NCBI GenBank assembly: GCA_951406725.2
Contig: OX597822.1
Span: 73,222,001 to 73,286,000, forward strand
Length of the DNA stretch: 64,000 nucleotides
Direction: 5' to 3'
From: Octopus vulgaris
Lineage: Eukaryota
The notes beneath the pieces are model-generated. The model did not search any database. It was not told the DNA's origin and saw only the letters and a program-made list of their open reading frames with translations. This document shows, one piece after another, positions 27,001-40,580 of the stretch. Made by a program: the position numbers and the translations under genes. How positions within the stretch are numbered: position 1 is the stretch's first letter; every line of letters starts with the position of its first letter.

Positions 27001-28959
27001 ATTCCAGCAAAGCGGGAACTTAATGACTTGTGGTATTTATTCGTATCCCTTTACATCCAAAATTGGAAACTCTCCAACGTCAATTAATTATTTTAAGGCT
27101 GAAAATGTATCAGATATATACTGAAACTTGGGGAAAATTGGATTAGGTAGTCAGAAACCTAAAGAAGCAAATCATATATACATTTATCTCTATGTGTGTG
27201 TGATTGTCTTTGTATCTGATTGTCCCCATCACCGCTTGACAACCCGTGTTCGTGTGTTTACGTCAACGTAACCTAATGGTTCAGCAGAAATTGTCCGCTA
27301 GAATAAGTACTCGGCTTCAAAACAAATAAGTACTGAGGTCGGTGCATGCGACTAGCAAGGCGGCGTCCCAGCATGGCCACAGTCTAACGACTGAAATACG
27401 CGAAGGGTAAAAGGTAAAACACATTCCACGAATGTCTTCTAAACTATGATTATTTCCCATGAATATTAAATATCTGGCTTCGTAAAATGCTTAATTATTT
27501 TAATTTAATTGCTTCAGGTTATGTCATGCTGAAGACTTTAAATAAGAATGAAATGACGCTATACATGATTACTTGTAACTAGAAATTTTACAATCTTTAT
27601 AACGAGTAAGCAAAACATAATAAAAAAATGCATATTCTATGCATCGCCCTTGCTCCTCAACTTAAAATTGAAACACCTAATTTCGCCGAAATTTTTCTAG
27701 AAATGATTATTTCCCTTATTCTAACTAGCCATTAGAATACACTATGTGTTTAAAGTATATTTTATTTTACTTGAATTCTGTTATTTTAGCACGTTTGGTT
27801 TTTTACTCATTAAGTATGCGGTACATGCTTAATCACCATAAGCTAAGTTAGCAATAGTTAGTAGAAAACAAGAAATACTATTGCAGTTAGTTTTTGGTTC
27901 TTTTTTTTTCTTTTGTATGCGTTAACCGCTACAAAAGTCTACAGTGAGATAATTTATTTTACACATTGATTCCCCAAATAGTCGGTAATGAAAAATGTGT
28001 TCAGATATTGATTATTTACCGTGGGATAGCAGCATATTTGATTATCTTTGATTGTTTTGAAAATCCAATATTCAACATATAGTAGATTATCCCCCATCAC
28101 AAAAAACGTAGTTTTATAAGCAGCATTTAAAGCTAAATGCAGAGTATATAACAGGTTTATGGTAATCCTATATTATTGCAAAAATTAAATATGTAATTCA
28201 CTGTAACGATAATATAAAAGCAATATACAGACATATATAGACTGCACTCTTACCTAAGTGACCGTTGAGTGACCACCAAGTAAGCTATTTTTACCACATA
28301 GTTATTTCTAGCACCTATGAAATTTTAGATGAGCCTCCCCAAACATTTTAATATTGAATGAGTTAGATGGTGTTGCTGCAAAGTTCTAATTTCTCGCTTC
28401 AGCTCTCTGCATTAACTTAACTTCCCTAATATATTGCTCAACGATAACCTCTCTTTGGAAGTTTCTTATAAACATCATAATTCTTTTAAAACATTTTTCT
28501 TTATTTCCACGTTTGTCGCTTCTTCCACCTCAAACAAATAATGAATAAAAAATATTTGAAATCAAATTCTTTCTTGAAAATCTAATTTCGAACTTTCAAC
28601 TTCACAAAAATTACATTTACGGAAAATAGCTGATGAAACAACCGTCTGTATAGAATACGGAAAATCTATATTTGAACTTTTATAACTAACTCTATTAACA
28701 ATACAGAAGAGCGCAGTAGATTAGCAGAATCCTTAGCGTGGGTTAAAATACTGTACAGTATACAGTTACGATACTTTTCGTTTTGATTTCTAATCCTAGT
28801 GAAATATACCCTTTTATCTTTTTCTTTCCTTGGATCCTGAGATTCATCAGGCCTGTAACCTTATTTGCATGATTTCTAAATGAACGAGGTTACAACATTG
28901 CCTCAGACAGAAGGCTGATCCGTTGAGGGTTCAAGTCTCGCAATTTTGAGTTTATGACA

Positions 28960-29985
28960 TCGACCCCAGAACTTGACTAATACTTTATTTTAATGATGGG
29001 ATTAAAAACAAAGTTGACCTCGGCAGGATTTGAACTCAGAGCGTAAACAACCAAAAAGAAATGCCGCAAAGCATTTTGTTCGACGCAATAACGATTCTGC
29101 TTGTTTGTCACTTTTTTGTACTTTAAGTGTTGATAAAGTACTAGTCATGTACTGAGATCGGTATAATTGGCCAAACCATCCACTAAATATGTGACCTAGG
29201 GGTTAATTTAGTAATTTTGCAACAGATAAAAATGAAAAGTGCAACATTCAATTGCGGGAATCTAGTTGTTAGAGACATATCAAAGTTTTAAAGGCATCTA
29301 AAGAAAGAAATCTTGGGAGTGTGAATATTTTTGATCTACACTCTTTCGAATAAGAATTATTTTGTGGTGAGTCGTTAAGTTAATTATTTTAGATTATATC
29401 TTAATAATCTTTTCCACAATTGGCACAAGGCCTGAAATTTGGGGGAAGTGTCTACTCGATTACATTGACCCCAGTGCTTAACTGGTAGTTATTTTCTCGA
29501 CCCCGAAGGCTGAACGGCAAAGTCGACCCCGGTGGAGTTTGAACTCAGAACGTAAAGCAGACGAAATAATGCAAAGATTGTTGCTAACGATTCTTTTTTT
29601 TTTTCTATTCAAGGCACAAGGTCCGAAATTTCGTAGGGCGGAGCCCAGTCGATTACATCGACCCCAGTATGCGACTGGCACTTAATTTATCGACTCCAAA
29701 AGGATGAAAGGCGAAGTCGACCTCAATAGGACTATAGGACAAAATTTAGCATGTTTACTCTCTAGCGAAGTTGAACTCAGGACGTAAAGACAGACGAAAT
29801 ACCTCTAAGCATTTCTCCCGACGTGCTAACGATTCTACCAGCTTGCTGCCTTAGACTATTTTAATAATACATATGATGGTGGTACGGTAGAATTGTTAGC
29901 TCCTCGGAATAATACATTGCAGTGTTTCATCTAGCACAGATCATTACCGAGGTCAACTTTGTCCTCGGAGAGGATAAAATAAAAG
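28960..29985 (-). mobile_element. Cluster of several diverged family B SINE pieces
   Basis: Repeated TCGACCCCAG...AAAGTCGACC...TTGAACTCAG at ~28960, ~29460, ~29650 and ~29770. Confidence 0.7.
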
Positions 29986-30425
29986 GAAACCAAACTATTA
30001 GGGTCTGGCATTGTATCGAAATTGGAACCCGCTATTTTAGTAATGACTAATCTACAATCTACAGACTCATTTGACTAGTTTAGCGTATTTTGTGGATAGA
30101 GCTTAAGTTTATTTCCCAATCACGAGGCCTGGATTCATCCATTTATTTTGTACAGCAAATGTTAACTTCTTTAGCTTAGGGTTGCCTGTGAGTGAAATTC
30201 GATTGACGATGGCTGTGCAAAAGGCCATCGGATGGAATGTTTCAGCAATTCAAAGGTCTAGCTTCGTCACACACTTTCACATTGGGAAGGTTTGAAGATG
30301 AAGTTAAAAGTATATATATCTGCGGAATACTCAGCCAATTAATCAAAAGTTCTTTGAGGAGGCAGTTTCGTTGATTGAATAGCTGAAATCGGCACATCAT
30401 ATTAATGTAGTGTTATATGAAGTGT

Positions 30426-30720
30426 GTGGAGGCACATGGCCTAGTGGTTAAAGCAGCGGACTTGCGGCTGAGGGATCGCGGGTTCGAATCTCAGACCGGG
30501 CTATCTGTGTGTTTATGAGCGAAACACCCAAGCTCCACGCGACTCCGGCAGAAGGTAATGGCGAACTTTTGCTCAGTCTTTCGCCACAACTTTCTCTCAC
30601 TCCTCCTGCATCTTGCAGCTTACCTGCGACGGACCGGCGTCCCGTCCAGGTGAGGAGCCTATACGCCAAGGAAACCGGGAAACCGGCCGTAATGAGCCAA
30701 GGATGGTTCAAGAAGGAATA
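30426..30720 (+). mobile_element. tRNA-derived SINE family C (tail variant 1)
   Basis: A box TGGCCTAGTGG and B box GGTTCGAATCT. Body GAGCGAAACACC..AGCTCCACG...CCACAACTTTCTCTCAC is shared with 33388 and 60003. Confidence 0.85.
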
Positions 30721-31521
30721 GACACTGTAAAGTGTATTATAGATTAATACAATATAATGTTTCACTCATTGTTGTTGTTGATGATTCTGTTTTACTGTAG
30801 TATAGAGTGGTATACTTTAGTTAAGTACTGCGGCGCTGTTAATATTTCTTTTCATCCAGTCCGATTGAGTAACATACGAGCCGTAAGTATTTCAGACCTC
30901 AAGTAGATTTGATTAACTGAGATATGGCCTCTGTAAGTCTGTGGGAAAGTCATGAGCAGGGAGCGATCTCCTGAAGCAAATATCTTTGAGGTAAAAAAGA
31001 CTTTAGATAAAATACTCAGTATGGGTCTGGTAAGCACTATAAAAAATTAAGAGTATTGAGAGACATACCTCTTAAGTTCAGAGGGATAGGAAAAATTGTA
31101 ATGCCATGGATGATACAAAGAGATAACACATTGTTTCGGTAAGCTAGTGTAGTAGTTACTAAAATATACGATCAGCGAGGGGATCGCTTAAATATTATTT
31201 GTAGTCACAGAACTCGCATGGAGAGTAATTAATCTATGTGTAAGCGAATATACTTTACATACACATCAAGTAAATTTATCAATAAAATATAGAACATAAG
31301 TATGGGATGAAAACCAGACAGGAACAAAATATCATTTAGACAGATTACTTCTGTTCTTGTTCACTTTCCGTTCCATACTTGTATTTTGCTTTGCAAACCA
31401 CATTTGATGGCTGCTATAAGCTATCAGCTGGTTGCTCTTCTTGTGTCCAGGAGTTGGCCTACCAAGACTCTCCAGTTTTAAGTTCACTCTTTGACGTCGT
31501 CAGTCTAATGACTACCATATA

Positions 31522-32400
31522 CGAGATGGTAAGAAAAAGTTGCTGGACAGATGGTAGCACACAGTTGCGTTCGCATTGAGAGCTAGCAGTGACCTTCATG
31601 AGGCAGTGTTGTTTTTACTTCACAAATTGTGAAATTTGTTTTTTTTTTCTATGTTTGTTTTGATCACGTGTATGCTGTAGTCTGCGGTTTTGTCATAGAC
31701 GGGAAATTAGAACACAGAGCCATGAAACTTTGCGTTAATCTTGGGAAGGCGGCGAACTGGCAGAAACGTTAGCACGCCGGGCAAAATGCGTAGCAGTATT
31801 TCGTCTACCGTTACGTTCTGAGTTCAAATTCCACCGAGGTCGACTTTGCCTTTCATCCTTTCGGGATCGATAAATTAAGTACCAGTTACGCACTGGGGTC
31901 GATATAATCGATTTAATCCGTTTATCTATCTTTGTCCTCTCTGTGTTTAGCCTCTTGTGGGTAGTAAAGAAATAAGAAACTTGGGAAGTCTGCTACAGAG
32001 ACATTGGGCATGCTTCGGCAAGCTAACGACGACGAGGCAATGGGTCGTGCGGAATGTTTCGATTGACAGGGGGCGCTTCAAAAGCGGAAAGAACGTCTCT
32101 GGAAGACGATGTTGGATCTAGAAGATCTTCCACAAGCCTCATCCTTGGAAATGTAGTGAAAATTCATCAGCTTATGTATGAGGATGATCGGAGGAGAATC
32201 AACGATATTTTGAAGCATTTAAGGGGAGACATTCGGAGAAAGCGATCTGATCTGTGGAGCATGAAGAATTGGATTCTTCACAACGACAATGCACCCTGTC
32301 ACCCAGGTCCCCTCACTCGTGAATTTCTCGTCAAGAACAATACGGTGTCGCTCCCGCCCTAGCCTTATCCGCCAGATTTAGCACCTCCTGACTTCCATTA
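31522..32400 (+). pseudogene. Internally deleted mariner transposase, interrupted by a family B SINE
   Basis: TA|CGAGATGG terminus. N-terminal pieces DGKLEHRA..KLCVNLGKSATETLGML and SLEDDVGSRRSSTS are joined directly to WILHNDNAPCH...PDLAPPDF. Confidence 0.8.
31748..31979 (+). mobile_element. Full-length SINE family B with TSD
   Basis: GGCGGCGAACTGGCAGAAACGTTAGC...GAGTTCAAATTCC (B box)...AAAGAAATAAG. Flanked by CTTGGGAAG at 31740-31748 and 31980-31988. Confidence 0.9.
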
Positions 32401-33332
32401 CTTGTAATGAAGTAGTTGTTACATATTTAACGACGTAAAAATCTGTAGGCACACTGTATGAGTCAACATGCAGTTAAAACTTTTTTTTATAAGTTAGGAT
32501 GAATGGAGCAGTTGTGTGGCATTGGGGCAAAACACGACACTAGGCATCTTTACTTGCTTTCATCAAGTAATAACTAATTTTTTCTGTCTTTGTCGCTTTA
32601 GAATCGATTATATTGCAACAGCATATGACACACTGTTAATCTGTTTTGTTACACCAATCATTTAGGTAAAAACATTTACTGCATTAAATATTGCACCCAA
32701 GGAAACTTTGGTTTTTCATTGAGTGAAGAAATATCGCATTTTTTTTTCTTTTTGCATTAATATAAAAATTTGATTCATTTGAAGACATTACAAAACTAAG
32801 ACTTTGATCTATTTTATAATATCGAAATTTATTATTCGTTCGTCAAAGATAGACAAGGAAAACAAGGAATTTTTGTATGCAACGTCACATATTCAATAAA
32901 CTTGGCCGGCTGAATAAAATAAGACTGTTAGCCGCATTTGGTCTCTGAGAAGTAGTATACTGCCTGTTCTAGCCTAAGAGAAACCAATGTTTTTTTTTAT
33001 TTGTATTTTTGTTCGTTTGTTTATTTTTTCATACGTATTGATACGGTGTAGACATACAGCCATAATTTAGAATTTTCACAATGAAAATATAATTCATACA
33101 CACACAGAGAGGCATACACACACATACATACATACATACATACATACATACATACATACATACATACATACATACATACATACATACATACATACACACA
33201 TACATACATATATGTGTGTGTGTGTGTGTGTGTGCATGTATATATATATATATATATATAGGTGCAGACATTGTTATGACGTTAACTAGCTTACTTTGCA
33301 GCCATACATACATACATACATACATACATACA

Positions 33333-33363
<31 letters not shown>

Positions 33364-33387
33364 GATATATATATATATAAGTGCAGA

Positions 33388-33769
33388 GTGGAGGTGCAAT
33401 GGCCCAGTGGTTAGGACAGCGGACTCGCGGTCGTAGGATCGCGTTTTCGATTCCCTGACCGGGCATTGTGAGTGTTTATTGAGCGAAAACACTTAAAGCT
33501 CCACGAGGCTCCGGCAGGGGATGGTGGTGAACAATGCTGTACTCTTTCACCACAACTTTCTCTCACACTTTCTTCCTGTTTCTGTTGTACCTGTATTTCA
33601 AAGGGCCAGCCTTGTCACACTCTGTGTCACGCTGAATCTCCCCGAGAACTACGTTCAGGGTACACGTGTCAGTGGAATGTTCAGCCACTTGCACGTTAAT
33701 TCCACGAGCAAGCTGTCCCGTTGATCGTATCAGCTGGGACCCTCATCGTCGTAACCGACGCAGTGCTCC
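33388..33769 (+). mobile_element. Full-length SINE family C (tail variant 2) with 16-bp TSD
   Basis: A and B boxes present. TATATATAAGTGCAGA is duplicated at 33372-33387 and 33770-33785. Headless copies at ~38466-38685 and ~43312-43530. Confidence 0.9.
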
Positions 33770-34294
33770 TATATATAAGTGCAGACATAGCTATGAAGTT
33801 AAGTAGCTTACTTTGCAGCTATAGGGGTTGAGGTTCAATTTCATTGTGCAGCACGTTGGCCGAGGTGCCTTCAGTTATAGACCAGGGCCGACCAATGCCT
33901 TGTGTGTGAGTAAATTTGGTAAATGGTAAACTATATGGAAACCCGTCGTAACTATATATATGTGTGTGTCTTTGAGATTGTGTTTGTCCCCTCCACCATT
34001 TGACACCCTTGTTGGTTTGTTTACATCTCTCTATCTTAAAGATTCAGCAACAGGGGCCATCGTTCAACTAACTCCTTCAAGACGATGTTCCAGCATGGCC
34101 GTAGTCCAAGGACTCAAAACAAAGCAAAGTAAAAAAATAAAAAGTAAACGAAGGGAAATGATACCGTAGAGGATATTTATGGAAAAGATGTAATTGTAGC
34201 GAGTTAGCAATTCATTTGTGTTATCAACAAATGAAGGTAACTTCTTCCGCGTTCCAGATTAAATTTCTGCTACGTAGATTAATCTGCTACGTAA

Positions 34295-34900
34295 TAGGCA
34301 CTGGTGTGGCTGTGTGGTAAGAAGTTAGCTTTGCAACCACATACTTCCTGGTTCAGTCCCACAGTGTGACACCTTCCGGCAGGTGTCTTTCACTAAATCT
34401 TGGGCCGACAAAAGCCTTGTGAGTGGATTTTGTTGACGGAAAGTGAAAGAAGCCCATCGTATATGTATGTTCAGTAATTCCTCGCCATATCGCGGTTCAC
34501 CTATCGTGGTTTATTATTTAAGCTTACATCGATTCCTCTGTGGTGTTGGTTTGCATTTATAATAAAATAGATATATACAAATTATAAAATATTTTTTTAA
34601 ATATACAGTAGAGTACTGTTTCTACTTCGTGGATTTTCACTTATCGCGGGGTGTTTTGGAACTAACACCCGCGATAGTCGAGGGATTACTGTACGTGTGT
34701 ATATAGATATATATATATATATATACATATATATATGTGGGGGGGGTCCTCTGTCATCGCTTAACAACCGATGCAGGTGTGCTTACATCCCTGTAACTTA
34801 GCGGTTCGGCAAGACAGACCGATAGAATAAGTACTGGGGTTCCAAAAGAAGAAGTCTTCGGGTCGACCTGTCTTGGAAGAAATCTGCAAGGTGGTGTAGA
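34295..34900 (+). mobile_element. SINE family A copy with a MITE in its central tract
   Basis: Head TGTGGCTGTGTGGTAAG...GGTTCAGTCCC. The 3' half resumes after 34693. Confidence 0.8.
34472..34691. mobile_element. Tc1/pogo-like MITE
   Basis: Imperfect TIRs CAGTAATTCCTCGCCATATCGCGG / CCGCGATAGTCGAGGGATTACTG, followed by TA. Confidence 0.75.
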
Positions 34901-34969
34901 ATGTGTTTGTGTCTCTTACCGTTTGTTTTAAATATATATTTAAAATCTACTCTTTCTGTTTGAATTACC

Positions 34970-35014
<45 letters not shown>

Positions 35015-35025
<11 letters not shown>

Positions 35026-36469
35026 GGCAGTTTGTCTGTCTGTCTGTGTGTCTGTCAGATTGTACCCTCACCCTGACCACGGCTTTCAATCGATTCTGAT
35101 AAAGCTTGACACACACATAGCTCAATGTCATAATTCAAAACTAACACAGCGAAAATTTTGAAAAGTCCCCTCAGTTCTGAAAAAAAATCGATAAATTCGA
35201 CATGGGGTCGAGTATCTAAGCTTATCATATGCAACACATTTTCCGTTGTAGTTTTCGCAACTTGCAATTGATTTTCACCAAACTCATGGTGAAGCTTAAT
35301 GTTACCCTAAGGAACTTAATTCTGACGTTAGTTTTCCATGCAATACCTTACCATCAGAAAAAATCAATAAAATCATGCCATTTTGGGAAATCGCGTTCAA
35401 ATTCAAAATGACATACTTTCGACAATATCTTTAACAAATTGGCAGGAATTTTTTTGAAATTCACAGCGAGCATCATGTCTGCTCCAAGGAGCTATACGGC
35501 CCTTTTGATTCCAATAGGATACGTTATTACTGGAAAAAATCGGTTAATTACATCATATTTGGCACACATAGCAAACTGATTTTTCTGAGATATTTTTTGA
35601 AAGTTCACATAGATTTTCCCTACACCGATGTTGGACATCAAATTTGCATTAAATGTCAAACTAACGACCTTTTGTCAATGCAGTTAACAAGTATTGGAAG
35701 AAATCGACAAAACCATATCACTTTGAGACCGACCATGCGAACCCTACAAAACTGACTTTTGTTAAATAGTTGGTGGATTTCAAGCGATTTAGTCGATTTT
35801 TGCCGCTTTTATCATAAAGGTTACTAGAAATGGCATATGTTTTCCTTTTGCTTCAAATCTGAGCAATGTTGGGCTGTAGATGCGTTTGCAGTTGTGTGCG
35901 CACGTGCGCGCGTGTCCTTGACACGATGATTGCAGCTCTTCCCATTGGCTCCCCAAACGGTGAACAATGCTCTCAATTAAACAACCTTTGGCCAATCACA
36001 TGCACTGACACACTCAGTTGTGCGTGTATAGTTTGTGACTCTCACTTCTTCTCTCGGTTCACACCCGCTCGCTTCACACGTTGGCCTACTTCTGCTAATC
36101 GCTGCTGCAAGTTATTCGAATAATTTTTTTGTTTAAACTTTCTTTATAACTACCACCCGAAACGTTAAAGGGCCGGCATGTGCAACCTTATCACCTCTGC
36201 CTGTCAAACTCCCAACCCATGCGTTTCCGTCGCGACACTGATCCCGCAGAACTGGGTTGGGTGTGCTAAACAAAACCAGAAAATGCACTTTGACTGTCAT
36301 AGATTTTCTTCATGCATGCAAGGGAACGGTGCCTTGAATGCCTTAATGCTTTTAGGCTTTATTTTACAAAATAACGGTTCAATGAGTACAAAAAAGGGTA
36401 AAAAGGTAAAGGGCATTGCTTATCGACAAAGTTTCTTACATACCCGGGCAACGCCGGGCTATGCTGCTA

Positions 36470-36470
<1 letters not shown>
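35015..36470 (+). mobile_element. Non-autonomous Helitron (long form)
   Basis: First ~190 bp match the short Helitron (53470-53848). Ends CCCGGGCAACGCCGGGC-TATGCTG-CTAG|T. Embedded in (TA)n on both sides. Confidence 0.8.
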
Positions 36471-36518
<48 letters not shown>

Positions 36519-36521
<3 letters not shown>

Positions 36522-38051
36522 GGTTATTGGAACATTGTCGTCAAATATGGATAGTTTCGGGAGCTATGTACCAGAGATGGATGGAAAATATTTTCGCAGC
36601 AGCCTTACTGATTTCTGGATCATATTTTGATAATTTATCAGTCGATACATGAATAAGAAATCCTGATAATGTGATTTAATTACTTCTGATGACAGAAACC
36701 ATACATACACTTGAGCAAGAAAAATACATATTCCTCTTAAAGAGTTCTTCTCCTCATGAGATAACTGAAATTGATCTTGAAACAGGTATACCTGGAATGC
36801 GTAAATTGCTTTTGACATCCACATTGCATGACTTACAGCTCTTGGTGTACGAAACGATATTCCGTTCTTCGGAATGGTGACAAGAAAGATCATCGTTAAC
36901 TCTAACAATTCTCGGTAATCATATCGCTGTTGTTTCTGCGTTGAAAGGCGGTATTCAAGAAATCCAAGAATGGTAGAGCGGACATCATCAGGCACTTCAT
37001 TGCTACTATTTATGTAAACCTTCTTGTTGAGTTTCGTCCAGGTTTCTCTAAATCTTTTGAAAAGTGCCATACCTGGAGCAGAAGTTGTACCATCAGTGAG
37101 TCAAAACAGCTCCTAAAAACTCACTAAAAATTGTGATGACGGCAAGAGAAGTACAACAGGTCGCGATTAAACAATTTTTTCTATATTTGTACAGGCTTTT
37201 ACTCGACCTGTGTTGCTTGCTGTCGTATCCCAGCAAAGTGCCTGAATTTTGTCGGTTATAGCCCACTTCTCCAATGTTTGGTAAACATCCATGGCTTGCT
37301 GTTCTCCTGAAGATGATGGAATTTCAGGGCCTCCCAACAATTGCTCCTTGCCTTGAAAAGTTACTATTATTGTCAGTCTATCAATCTTTTTAATGCCTGT
37401 GAGTGCTGGAAGGAGCTTTCAATCCCAGTGCAACACTATTTCTTGACAGTCGTTTAAGTTAAATTTGTGCTGTATTTCTGTGTGTCTCGCTTCTCTAAAT
37501 TTTGTTCTAAGGCATTGATAATAAGTATATAAAGAACATAACATTATAAAAACGGAGAGGTTATAAAGATGGTACTACAGCTTTGACGGGGCTACCAATA
37601 CAACAGGGGAGATCTATATTACAATGCACCACAATAAAATGAATGAGTACTTAAATAAATTAACTTATATTTACAAACGCGGACAAGTCATATTAGTACA
37701 CTGTTTATCACTAACGTATATTTCATAATATTTTATTTCTCAGCACTACCATTAGGTGGAGTACAATTCTTTCAACAGATGAACGCAACTCACAACTTCA
37801 CTCGCTCACGGCTGGCCGCCGACTGGATGACGGCGAAAAATAGGTGTCTGTCTTATACCTGCGCTCTGTCCCCACCTTTGTAAGTTGCCTTTCCGCTTAC
37901 TTTTATTGTCATTTATCCTTCTATTACCAAGAATTAGTCTCAATAAGTTTTTAATTTAACAGAAAATTATATAAGAGGCAAACAATTTTTATCTGAAAAG
38001 ATGACTTTCCGGGTGAAAACTTCAAAATTTTTTCATGGTCGATCAGGGTCA

Positions 38052-38055
<4 letters not shown>
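36519..38055 (-). mobile_element. Decayed hAT-superfamily (hATm-like) transposon with transposase pseudogene
   Basis: Minus-strand translation gives VLHWD*KLLP...DRL..EQLLG...IQALCWDTTASNTG...CRHH (37130-37440) and DYRELLELT...HAMWMSKAIY (ORF 36564-37070). One terminus TAGGTGACCCTG at 38055. Confidence 0.75.
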
Positions 38056-38097
<42 letters not shown>

Positions 38098-40149
38098 GTC
38101 CATAAATTACAGACATCACTAAATATATTCCCAACGGTTGTATTTTTTTATAACATAATAGGTTAGATAGGATGATGTCTATATTACAATATTACAATAA
38201 CCAATAATATGTTTTGCATGAATAGTAATATTAAGGTCATGAAATTAGCATTAGATTATCCCACTTTTTCTCGCGGAACCCTTAGAAACCTTTTGCGGAA
38301 CTCTAGGTTTCCGGGGAACCCCTGTTGAGAAACTCTGCTCTATACTGTACATTTTAGTAACCTTTAATGTAGCTTAGTGCTGTATACTGTAACATTGTGA
38401 AATCTAGCGTAGTATTTGCAGAATAGCAGTAGGTTAACTTTGAGCATGCATCTATCATTTCGGCCCTGCTGTACTCTTTCACCACAACTTTCTCTCACTC
38501 TTACTTCCTGTTTCTGTTGTACCTGTATTTCAAAGGGCCGGCCTTGTCACTCTCTGTGTCACGCTGAATATCCCCGAGAACTACGTTAAGGGTACACGTG
38601 TCTGTGGAGTGCTCAGCCACTTACACGTTAATTTCACGAGCAGGCTGTTCCGTTGATCGGAACCCTCGTCGTCGTAACCGACGGAGAAAAAAAAAAAGTA
38701 TAAGTGTAAACGGTAGAATGGTATTTAAGAATTATTTAGCTGCTATTTCTAGTAGATCAAGCAACGATAAAGAGACCTAATCATTGGCTTTCATGGCGTG
38801 GTGTAGTGCAGTTTGCTATGCGGCAGTATGCAGCCAGTAGAGCGAGATGAGCAAGAATAGATGTAAAGTCATTAGAGATAGATAAAGGCGCATTGGGACT
38901 GAGATAGAGTCGATAGGGCGGTGGGGAGATGCATAGACAAAAGGTGCGAAAGACAAGATGTTAAAAGTGGAGTAATGGAAAATCTAAGAAAATTAAGGTT
39001 CAGACGCACCTGAAGAGAAATGTAAGAATGAAAGTCATTGTAAGTGAAGGAGGCGTTGGAGAAGTGTGACAGATGAGATAGAAGAGGGAGAGGAAAAAGA
39101 GGGGAATGTGACGAGAGAGATAGAATGTAAAAAAGGGTGATAGCGGAAAGGATAACGGAAGAAGATGAGAGAGAATATACGGAGCAGAGGTAGTGGTGGG
39201 GTGAGAATGCAGGATGATAACCAGAAAAGCTGAAAGAATCAAAACAAATGATGATTGATGAATGAGCAAACGAGATTGGGGAAAAGAAAATGGGAGAAAC
39301 TTTGACAAACTTACAGAGTCCCAGAGCGGCAACAAAATATCGGAGTGAGAGGGGGGGGAGATACAAAAGCATGTAAAAGACGAGGAGGAGGAGGGTGAAG
39401 AGGAGGAGTCCGTGGAGAATGAAGACGAAGTAAAAGGCCACCAGTAGCCATTGATTCTTTCTGAGGTTGGATTAAATTGACAGCTTAGTGAAGTGGTAAA
39501 TGGGAAGGTGGATAACATTAGCAGTCGACTGTTTTGGATAACACCCAATTTTATTTTACTCTACGATAATTCATTTAACTCAACTGCATGTCAATGCTGT
39601 TGCTTCTGTTTGACAGCCAAACTTTCACTTTTGCTTTTCTCCTTCTTTCTCTTTTTTCATCTCATCCTCCTCTAACACCTTACCACCATACCATGTATTT
39701 GATTTATCTTATCAAGTTATTTCGTATATTTTCAATTTTCTTGTCTACGTTTTTGTTTTTGTAACTTACTGTTCTTATTCTTGTCATTTTGTTGCAGCTG
39801 ATGTTCTTCTTACTCTTCTCTTATTATTATCATTCAACTTCTAATTCTTCTTTTTCTTCATCAATATATTCTACATATTCTACTTCTTCATATACTTCGA
39901 CTAATTTTCTTCATTCTGTTTTTTTTTTTTTTTCAGCAATTCTCTTCCCTTCTTTTTCGCTTTTATTCATTAATTTCTCTTTCCTCTACTTATTTCTTCA
40001 TTATTTTTCTCGTTACTTTTGCTCCTTCCTATGATTTTACCTTTTAATTTCTTTTCATTTTCATCTCCCTCTACCCTTCTTATATCTCTTTACAGTTTGT
40101 TTCCTTCATTTCTCCTTTTCCTACTCGATCTCTTTCTCTCTCTTCTGTT

Positions 40150-40194
40150 ACGTCTTTCTTCTTCTTCTCCTTCTTCTTCTTCTTCTTCTTCTTC

Positions 40195-40233
<39 letters not shown>

Positions 40234-40236
40234 TTT

Positions 40237-40281
<45 letters not shown>

Positions 40282-40580
40282 TTCTTCTTTTTCTTCTTCC
40301 TCTTCTTCTTCTTCTGCTTCTTCTTCTTCTTCTTCTCCTCCTCCTCCTCTACCTCTTCCATCTCCTCTCCTCTTCCTCATTCTCCTTCCTCCACTCCTAC
40401 ATCCTCCTCCTTCTTCTCTTCCACCTCATCTTCCTCCACCTTCTTCTCCTTCCTCCACTACTAACTTCAACTACTTTTTCTCTTCCTCCTCCTCCTTCTT
40501 CTTCTTGGTCGTGATCCTCATCATCATCACCATTATCACCGTCACCACCGCCATCATCATCGTTCCTGTCGTTGTCATCA
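40150..40580. repeat. Compound (CTT)n/(TAT)n/(CCT)n/(CAT)n trinucleotide array
   Basis: Directly visible. Other triplet arrays at 13968-14048, 41105-41277, 43151-43204, 43685-44066, 56565-56690 and 58717-58805. Confidence 0.95.

Noticed and set aside
28254-28314. Possible 61-bp minus-strand exon (TTTCATAG|...|GTAAGA)
   Set aside because: Splice-like signals and one open frame are expected by chance; no recognisable peptide.
38872-39548. Long minus-strand ORFs of 189 and 182 aa
   Set aside because: Low-complexity S/L/F/P composition from the antisense of a purine-rich tract. It is possibly a decayed LINE endonuclease region, but no firm motif was found.
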